Shown: piece after piece, positions 56,711 to 64,000 of the stretch | Numbering within the stretch: position 1 is the stretch's first letter | How the letters are laid out: each line of letters starts with the position of its first letter | Assembly (NCBI GenBank): GCA_963848295.1 | Contig: CAWKDB010000010.1 | Location: forward strand, 960,001 to 1,024,000 | Direction of reading: 5' to 3' | Length of the DNA: 64,000 nt | Source: an uncultured delta proteobacterium | Lineage (GTDB): Bacteria > Myxococcota_A > Polyangia > Haliangiales > Haliangiaceae | Made by a program: the position numbers and the translations under genes | The notes under the pieces: generated by a model | What the model saw: the letters and a program-made list of their open reading frames with translations, nothing else | Told to the model about the DNA's origin: nothing | Databases searched by the model: none

Positions 56711-58048
56711 ATGGCCGCCGCTGATGTCATCGCTCGGCGCTTCGCGCTGATCGAGCGCGTGGCGCAAGGCGGGATGGGCACGGTGTTTCGCGCGACCGAT
56801 CTCGAGACGTCGAAGACGGTCGCGGTCAAGGTGCTCGGGCTCGACCAACCGTTCGACGTCGTGCGGTTCGGCCGCGAGGCCGCGATGATCGCGGCGTTGC
56901 ATCACCCGAACGTCGTCGATTACGTGGCCCACGGCGAGGCCGACGGCGTGCGCTATATCGTGCAGGGCTGGGTCGACGGCATCACGCTCGAGCAGCTGAC
57001 GCGCACGCAAGGAGCGACCGCGCGCGAGGCTATCGCCGTCGGGGCCGCGATCGCGAGCGCGCTGCACGCGATCCATGCCCAGGGCATGATCCACCGCGAC
57101 GTCAAGCCCGCGAACATCATCCTCACCGACGGCGATCCAGCGCGGGCGGTGCTCGTCGACTTCGGCATCGCGCGGCTCGAGCACGAGACCGGCGTCTTGA
57201 CGCGCGCCGGTGCGGTGCTCGGAACGCCGAGCTTCATGTCGCCCGAGCAAGCGCGCGGCTCGATCAAGATCTCGGCGGCGGCCGATGTGTGGGCGCTCGG
57301 CTGCGTGCTCTACGAGATGTTGTCCGGGCGCGTCGCGTTTGCGGGCAAGACGCCGATCGCGATTCGCGCGAAGTTGTTGGTCGCCGAACCCAAGCCACTC
57401 GGGCCGTTGTGTCCCGAGGCGCCGCCGGCATTGCTCACGCTCGTCGGCCAGATGCTGCGCAAGGAGGTCGCACTCCGGCCGCAACACGGCGGCGAGGTCG
57501 TCGACCGCCTCCTGGCTCTGTCGCCGGTGCCGGCCGGGCCGCGTCGAGTCGTCGGCGCCGCCGCCGGCCCGACGCTCGCGCTGCCGGTGCAGACGCGCGA
57601 GCGCACGACCTCTGCCGATGCGAACAGCTACGTGCTGATCTCGACCGCCGAGCCCGGCGCCTTGATCGGCCTCACCGATCGGCTCGTCGAGGTCGCAGCG
57701 ATGCACCAACTCGACTTCGACGTGCTCGAGGACGGCTCCGCGCTGCTGACCGCGCGCCAGCCCGGCAAGGCCGGCGCGATCTCGGCGACCCGCGCCGGCA
57801 TCGCCTTGCGCACGCTCATTCCGGATGGCGCGCTCAGCGTGTTCGGCCGTGCCCATGCCGACGACACGCTCGACTCGGTCGTCGACCGCGGCGCCGAGTT
57901 GCTCGACCAAGCCACCGTCGTCGGCTTGTTCGGCGACGCGGAAGGCGAAGGCATGCTGCTCGTCGACGACGTCGTGGCCGACCTCGTGCGCGAGGAGGTC
58001 GAGCTCGAGCACACGCCGCACGGCAACACAATCAGGCGCCGGAGCTAG
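56711..58048 (+). CDS. Hanks-type Ser/Thr protein kinase with C-terminal alpha/beta domain
   Basis: GGMGTVF, VAVK, HRDVKPANI, DFGIA, GTPSFMSPEQ, DVWALG. Confidence 0.92.
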   Translation: MAAADVIARRFALIERVAQGGMGTVFRATDLETSKTVAVKVLGLDQPFDVVRFGREAAMIAALHHPNVVDYVAHGEADGVRYIVQGWVDGITLEQLTRTQGATAREAIAVGAAIASALHAIHAQGMIHRDVKPANIILTDGDPARAVLVDFGIARLEHETGVLTRAGAVLGTPSFMSPEQARGSIKISAAADVWALGCVLYEMLSGRVAFAGKTPIAIRAKLLVAEPKPLGPLCPEAPPALLTLVGQMLRKEVALRPQHGGEVVDRLLALSPVPAGPRRVVGAAAGPTLALPVQTRERTTSADANSYVLISTAEPGALIGLTDRLVEVAAMHQLDFDVLEDGSALLTARQPGKAGAISATRAGIALRTLIPDGALSVFGRAHADDTLDSVVDRGAELLDQATVVGLFGDAEGEGMLLVDDVVADLVREEVELEHTPHGNTIRRRS

Positions 58049-58149
58049 GGCGAGCTGATCGCGACGAACCAGTGGAACGCCAGCTGGATGCTGCCCGGCA
58101 CGTACCCGATCGGGTCGGCGCCGCCGATCGTCGGCGTATCGCCCGGGGG

Positions 58150-60025
58150 CTACGATAGCCGCGCCAGCTCGGTCTGGATCAACAAGTACGCGAGCCGCAG
58201 CAGGTTCAGCCGGGCTTCGGCCGAACGTACCCGCCCCGCGAGCTCGCCGAGCCGGGTCCGTCCGTCGAGCAGGCTGTAGACGCGCAGCAGCGCTTCGCCG
58301 AGCCCGAACTGCGCGAGCTCACCGTCCTGCACCGGCTCGCGCGCGATGAACGAGCGCGTGTTCGCGGCCAGCCACTCTTCGACGAGCGGCTCCGATAGCT
58401 GCGCGGCGCCCGCGCCGATCACGCGGTACGCATCGAGGTGCAGCGCGCGGGACTTGTACGGGTTTGGATGGCGCGGCGTCCAGGAGAACCGGCCCTTCTG
58501 CCAGCTGAACGTCTCGATCAGCTTCGCCGCGACCTGCTTCGCGAGCAGGCGATAGGCTTCGAGCGGATCGAGCAGGTCGAGACCGACGAGCGTGTCCGCG
58601 AGCCGGCCGCCGAAGTGGTGCATCACGGACAGCGCGCGCTGGAGCGCTTGTGGCGTCAGCGCCTCCTGCTCGAGCAGGAAGTTGCCGAGCCGCTCGCTCT
58701 CGAGGTTCGAGCTGACGAACTGCGGTTGACCGTCGGTGAGGTACGCCTCTTTGAGCACGCCTGCGCGGCCTTCGAGCCACAGCATGCCGGTCGACTTCTG
58801 CTTCGCGAGCTTGTAGACGACCTTGAGGATCGGCGACTCGCGGACATCGCCGAGCTCGCGCGGGCCGGAGACATGCTCGACCGGCTCGGGCTCGACGTCG
58901 TCGTGACCGACCGTGATCGTCCCGCTCGAGCCTTCGTTGCTCGTGACCCCGGCGGGAATCGCATCACTCGCGATGAACTCGGCCCGGGCGGTGCGGGCGT
59001 CGGCCTCCGCCTTCGCCATCGTCATCCGGGTCATCGGACCGGACAACGACAGACCCTCCGGGACTTCCTCGGCGACCGCGCCCTCGAGATCGGCGGTCGG
59101 TGCGTTGATCACGCGCCCGACGAGGCTCGCCGAGATCGCGCGAGGTCACGCGCGTCGTCTTGCGCAACCACTCGTCGAGTGCATCGCGAAAGTGCGCCGC
59201 GGTTTGCCAGCGATCTTCGGGTCGGCGTTGCAGGGCGCGTACGGTCAGCACGCGCAGCTCCATCGGGAACTCGGCGGCGTACTTGTTGAGCCGATCGAGC
59301 CGCGCGTCGCGCACCATCAACAAGATGTCGAGATCGTTCGTCGACGTGAACAGCCGGCGTGCCATCACCATCTCGGCGAGCAGGATGCCGACCGCGAACA
59401 GGTCGGAGCGCTCGTCGACCTCGGCGCCCGAGACTTGCTCCGGCGACATGTAGCCATACTTGCCCTTGAGCGTCCCCGCCTCGGTCTTGTGCCGGCGCTC
59501 TGCCGCGCGCGCGATGCCGAAGTCGGTGAGCTTGACGTCGCCGCGCCACGACAGCAGCACGTTGCCCGGCGAAACGTCGCGGTGGACAATGCCGAGCTTG
59601 CGACCGCGCGAGTCGACCGCGTTGTGCGCATAGTCGAGCGCGTCGAGCACGTCTCGTGCGATCAGCGCCGCGAGGTCGGCGGGCAACCGGATCTGGGCGC
59701 GCGCGCACTCGCGAAGCAGCGCGAGCGTATCGACGCCGTCGACGTACTGCATCGCGATGTACGGTGTATCGGCGTCGGTGCCCAGCTCGAACACCTGAAC
59801 GATGTGCCGGTGATCGAGCTGCGCGGTGATCCGCGCTTCATCGATGAACATCTCGACGAACGACTTGTCGGTCGCCAGGTGCGGCAGGATCTTCTTGATC
59901 GCGACCAGCTTCTCGAAGCCCAAGTTGCCGATCAGCTGGGCCTTGAACAGCTCCGCCATGCCACCCACGGCGAGCCGATCGAGGATTTGGTACCTCCCGA
60001 TCTGCTTGGGTGTGGGTGCGGTCAC
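58150..60025 (-). pseudogene. Ser/Thr kinase fused to a DUF4388-like domain, split by a 1-nt frameshift near 59130
   Basis: Kinase motifs HRDVSPGNV, DFGIA, GKYGYMSPEQ in ORF 58964..60169; C-domain STGMLWLE...ERLGNFLL...FSWQKGRF in ORF 58150..59112. Deleting one G in CTCGGCGAGC joins them (RDL-ASLVGRVINA). Confidence 0.8.
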
Positions 60026-60163
60026 AGGTACGACATCATACATGCAGCCGCGCGATTGCGGCGCGCTGTCACGTTGACACATCGGGTGTTTCGACGCTCG
60101 CCGCCCTGGCGAAACGAGGCGCACGGCCCGACGAGGCGCCGCGCAGTTGCACGCGAAACCCGG

Positions 60164-60179
60164 TGGCACGCGAGTTGAT
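60164..60179 (+). promoter_or_regulatory. Putative sigma54 promoter upstream of the gspC-like gene
   Basis: TGGCACG-CGAG-TTGAT: perfect -24 element, -12 variant TTGA. Confidence 0.55.
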
Positions 60180-60202
60180 AGAGCTGCGTCCCGAGACCGC
60201 CG

Positions 60203-61102
60203 ATGCTAGGACCTGCGCTTCAAAGGATCATCGGTGGTCTCGTTCGTCGGACCTGGCTCGTCGCGCTGATGACGGTCGCGGTGTGCGCGGTATTCACCGC
60301 ACATGCTGTGGCCGCCTTGGTCGAAGCGCGCTACCTGGAACCTACGCTGCGCGGTGCTCCTCCTCGGCCGTCGCAGCAAGCTCCGGTAGCGCGTCCGGCA
60401 CACGCGAAACCAGATGGCAGCGGGCTCGTCGCGCGGAATATCTTCTGCTCGGAGTGCACGGTGTCGTCGGAGCCAGGTCCGGCGGACGCGGCCTATTCAG
60501 GGGCACCGGCCACGCTGATCGCGACCAGCATCGGCATCGACCCGGTGGCGACGGTTCGCGTCCTGGACAGCGGTGTCCAGGGCTCGTGGGGTCTCGGCGA
60601 CGCGATCCCCGGCGTCGGTGCGATCGCCCACATCGGCTTTCGCTCGATCGAAGTGATCGATAGCCACGGCCACCACGGCCGTCTGTCGCTGCTCGACGCG
60701 GCGGCGGCAAGCCCGGCGACCGTCGCGGCGGCAAACGCGACGGCCGCCGATGAGCCGTGGGCCGACAAGATCAAGAAGGTCGACGACTACACGTACGATG
60801 TCGACCGCGATTTGATCCGGGAGCTCGTGTCGGGGTCGGCCAAGACCAGTGGTGCGCGAGCGATGCCGATCATCGATCACGGCGTGGTCAAGGGCGTACG
60901 GTTCGCCGCGATCCGCCCCGGCATGCTCGCGGCCGCGCTCGGGATCAAGAACGGCGACCAGATCGCGACGATCGACGGCGAGCCGATCAAGAGCGCGCAG
61001 CAACTCCTCGATCTCTACGCGAAGCTAGATCAGGTCAACGGGTTCGAGCTCGCGGGCACGCGCGCCGGCAAGCCGCTCGCTCTGAAGTTTCAGCTGCGAT
61101 AG
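60203..61102 (+). CDS. Type II secretion GspC-like protein with PDZ domain
   Basis: N-terminal TM, ARNIFCS, HR-like domain, PDZ GVRFAAIRPG...LGIKNGDQIATIDG. Confidence 0.75.
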   Translation: MLGPALQRIIGGLVRRTWLVALMTVAVCAVFTAHAVAALVEARYLEPTLRGAPPRPSQQAPVARPAHAKPDGSGLVARNIFCSECTVSSEPGPADAAYSGAPATLIATSIGIDPVATVRVLDSGVQGSWGLGDAIPGVGAIAHIGFRSIEVIDSHGHHGRLSLLDAAAASPATVAAANATAADEPWADKIKKVDDYTYDVDRDLIRELVSGSAKTSGARAMPIIDHGVVKGVRFAAIRPGMLAAALGIKNGDQIATIDGEPIKSAQQLLDLYAKLDQVNGFELAGTRAGKPLALKFQLR

Positions 61103-61173
61103 GCAGCTGCGACGCGCTGTAACGCAATTCCTACCGATCGGTAGAGGCCGGTGAGGTATCGTCACACCGAAAC

Positions 61174-62295
61174 ATGCGCGTGACGGCGTACCTGCTCCTG
61201 ACGTCCCTCGTCGGCGCATGTGGTCGCGTCGACTTCGATCACTTCGCGGACGCGAGCACATCGGGACCGCTCGTGTTCGTGGATCGTACGCCGACTGCGC
61301 CGATGTTGACCGCTCCGCTCGCGATCACGGGCGATTGCGGCAAGTACCTCGTCGGGCTCGGCGCCTACGGGCTCGCCGGCGAGACCTGGCACCCGAGCAC
61401 GGTCACGGTCGGAACGAACGTGTACCTGACGATGCCCTGCAAGTACGCCGACACCGGCGGTTGGGATCTCGGTCTGGCGCGAGTCTCGCTCGGGCTCGCC
61501 GATTACAGCAACGCTGGCGTGTGGCTCGATGGCAACGCGTCGATGTCGGGGGTGAACGAGTTCGTCAACGCGACCGATCTTGACGTCAACGGTACCGCCC
61601 TCGGCTCGCTCGGGTTTCTCGCGCTCGGCACCGACGGCACCGGGCTGTTCGGCATCGGCGGCGCGTTCCCGACATTCGACGTGTTCTCGATGCTGCCGCT
61701 GACGCTCGGACAGCCCGAGGACCTGGCGAGCACTCGCTATGACCTGTCGCGCATCGGCACGTTCGACTTCGCGAACAACGACGGGACCTGGCGCGGAGCC
61801 ACGGCAGCGGATCGCGCGATCCTGTTCACCGACGGCGTCTATAACGTGTTCAACGTCACCTATGACGAGCCGGCCGAGACCTCGACGTTCCTGTCGGTCA
61901 CGACGACCAGCGACGGCGTGACCCCGCAGCTCGCGACCGCGCCGCTCCGCTCCGACATCTCGAATCCGGTGGTCACGATGCAAGGCTCGCAGATCCTGCT
62001 GATCGGGACCGACGACACCGTCGGTCGGTACGTCCTGATCCGCGCAGATTCGATCGCGGAGCTCGCGACCGCACCCTCCGTGCCGCTCGGTCTCGACGTG
62101 TTCCGCGGTCCGCCGGGGAGCTGGAACTACGATCTTTACGCATACACGCCGAGCGGCGAGCCGCGCATCATCGGCGCGGCGGTCGATGGCAACACGCTGC
62201 TGCTGTTCTACTGGGCCGGCACCGGCGAATACACCGCGGCGACTGCGCCGTACACCGCGTCGCGATCGATCGGCGTGCTCGCGGCGACGATCTGA
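61174..62295 (+). CDS. Hypothetical lipoprotein, beta-rich (possible propeller)
   Basis: LVGACGRVDFD lipobox; strong GC3 codon bias. Confidence 0.65.
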   Translation: MRVTAYLLLTSLVGACGRVDFDHFADASTSGPLVFVDRTPTAPMLTAPLAITGDCGKYLVGLGAYGLAGETWHPSTVTVGTNVYLTMPCKYADTGGWDLGLARVSLGLADYSNAGVWLDGNASMSGVNEFVNATDLDVNGTALGSLGFLALGTDGTGLFGIGGAFPTFDVFSMLPLTLGQPEDLASTRYDLSRIGTFDFANNDGTWRGATAADRAILFTDGVYNVFNVTYDEPAETSTFLSVTTTSDGVTPQLATAPLRSDISNPVVTMQGSQILLIGTDDTVGRYVLIRADSIAELATAPSVPLGLDVFRGPPGSWNYDLYAYTPSGEPRIIGAAVDGNTLLLFYWAGTGEYTAATAPYTASRSIGVLAATI

Positions 62296-62341
62296 CCGAG
62301 CTCGGACAGGTCGTGGTCATCACCCTCAGATGCGCGCCCGG

Positions 62342-64000
62342 TCAGTTACCGCCGCTCGGGTCGCTGCGACGTGGCCGGCCCTTGCGCGGCCGCGGCATGT
62401 CGAATTGCTCGAGCCGGTTGATCAGAGTCCGGCGCGAAACGCCGAGGAGGGTCGCGGCCTGGCCTTGGTTGCCGCCGGCGCGCTCGAGCGCGTCGAGGAC
62501 TCGAGCGCGTTCATCGACGGCCGTGAGCTCGCCGCGGCTGCGCGGCGGTTGCTCGCTGCTGGCCGCGACCCGCACGTACGTGCCTCGCATCTTTTCGACG
62601 GGAAGGTGCTGGGCCAAGATCGGGCCGTCTCCCGACAGGACTACGGCGCGCTCCATGACGTTGCGGAGCTCGCGGATGTTGCCGGGCCAGCTATAGCCAC
62701 GCAGCAGCGCCAGCGCATCGCTCGTGATCTCCTTCGGTGTGCTGGACGCCCGAGCCGCGGCGCGCGTGGCAAATCGCCGACTGAGTGCGTCGATCTCGCA
62801 CGGCCGCTCGCGCAGCGGCGGAACTACGAGCGTGGCCGCGCTCAAGCGGAAATATAGGTCCTCGCGAAACGTACCCCGGGCGATCGCATCCTCGAGATCG
62901 AGGTTCGTCGCGGCGACGAAGCGAACGCCGGTCTGGAGTGGCTTGAGCCCGCCGACGCGACGCACCTCACCGTCCTCGATGACCCGCAACAGCTTCGCCT
63001 GAAGCGCGAGCGACATCTCGCCGATCTCGTCGAGGAACACGGTTCCTCCGGCGGCGGACTCGAGCAGGCCGGACTTGACTGCGTGGGCCCCGGTGAACGC
63101 GCCGCGCTCGTGACCGAACAGCTCGCTCTCGAGCAGGTTCTCGTTAAGTGCGGCGCAGTTGATCGCGACAAACGGCTTGTCCACGCGCGGCGAAAAGTCG
63201 TGAACCGCACGCGACAGCCTCTCCTTGCCGACGCCGGTCTCACCGAGGATCAAGACCGGCAGATCGGAAGCGGCGATCCGTCGCGCGAGCGCGTACAGAT
63301 CGCGCATGGACTGCTCTGCGATCACGAGGTCATCGCGATCGCTCTCGTCGGTGGTACCGGCGATGGTCGTCATGAGCGCATAGGCGCTCCGGCCGTCGGT
63401 CGGAAAGTGTGCGATGACGTACGAGGCGGTGCCGATGGTCTCCAGCGACGCGACGAGACGCCGCGCGACCAACTCCGCGTGCTCGCGCGGCGTATCGAGT
63501 AGCAGCAGCTCGTGGACGTGCTCGCCGAATTTCGCGATGACGTCCGATTGTCGCAGCGTGGCCAGCAGTGCTTCCACGATCGCGTTGTCCTCCGCACCCG
63601 GCGGCATGCGGACCCCGATCACGGCGAACTGGATGTTGTTGCGGCCCGCGCGGGCACACTCTTCCTCGACGCGGCCCTGAAAGTAGTCGTGTGTGGTGAC
63701 GCGATTCGTCAGTGCCGGCGCGAAGCGCGCTTGGATGATCAACGTCAGCGAGCCGACGGTAACCAATTCGTTGACCTCGAGCTCGAGCGGTTGATGCGGT
63801 GGAATCGCGATGTCTCGGACGGTCGTGCCATTCGAGCTGCCGACGTCTTCGATCGCGATCGTGCGCCCGACGTGCAGCACGGCGTGGCTTCGCGAGATCG
63901 ACTCGTGGTCGATATGGATCGCGTTATCGAGATCACGCCCTATCGTGACACTACCTGATTCGGGCAACGCATGAGTTGCGACAATCTCTGTATCGGCCAT
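62342..64000 (-). CDS. FHA-domain sigma54 enhancer-binding protein (paralogue of 54975-56681; 5' end may lie outside the window)
   Basis: IGRD...SISRSHA...DVGSSNGT; GETGVGKE, ESELFGHERGAFTGA, WPGNIRELRN; HTH. Confidence 0.92.
   Translation of the reverse strand: MADTEIVATHALPESGSVTIGRDLDNAIHIDHESISRSHAVLHVGRTIAIEDVGSSNGTTVRDIAIPPHQPLELEVNELVTVGSLTLIIQARFAPALTNRVTTHDYFQGRVEEECARAGRNNIQFAVIGVRMPPGAEDNAIVEALLATLRQSDVIAKFGEHVHELLLLDTPREHAELVARRLVASLETIGTASYVIAHFPTDGRSAYALMTTIAGTTDESDRDDLVIAEQSMRDLYALARRIAASDLPVLILGETGVGKERLSRAVHDFSPRVDKPFVAINCAALNENLLESELFGHERGAFTGAHAVKSGLLESAAGGTVFLDEIGEMSLALQAKLLRVIEDGEVRRVGGLKPLQTGVRFVAATNLDLEDAIARGTFREDLYFRLSAATLVVPPLRERPCEIDALSRRFATRAAARASSTPKEITSDALALLRGYSWPGNIRELRNVMERAVVLSGDGPILAQHLPVEKMRGTYVRVAASSEQPPRSRGELTAVDERARVLDALERAGGNQGQAATLLGVSRRTLINRLEQFDMPRPRKGRPRRSDPSGGN

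Overview
GC-rich bacterial chromosome segment, most likely Myxococcota, inferred from Ser/Thr kinases, FHA-sigma54 activators, PEGA/PilZ-like proteins and many Cys-lipoproteins. It holds about 48 protein genes; I see no rRNA, tRNA or CRISPR. Contents: (1) a stand-alone bacterial histone-fold gene with a Lys-rich N-terminal tail, its own SD and a terminator (4902-5123); (2) a MerR-HTH + VIT-vWA operon with a direct-repeat operator; (3) an NtrC/kinase pair and an ABC-exporter operon whose HlyD-like adaptor is split by a complete IS630 element (TA duplication, TIRs, -1 frameshift transposase); (4) oxyR-ahpC-ahpD converging on a cytochrome bd-superfamily oxidase fused to cytochrome c; (5) glgB + GH57, DUF349, a Uma2 nonsense pseudogene and a meaA/ecm-type mutase; (6) an SPFH operon, an orphan eCIS-type AAA ATPase and an FHA-sigma54/kinase/GspC signalling block. 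Non-coding signals include a dispersed ~27-bp TTGACA...CTCCGTCCCC repeat, several sigma54 promoters, and a widespread -10 box 6-9 nt before start codons, suggesting leaderless mRNAs. All family calls come from motif recognition by eye; no database search was run.
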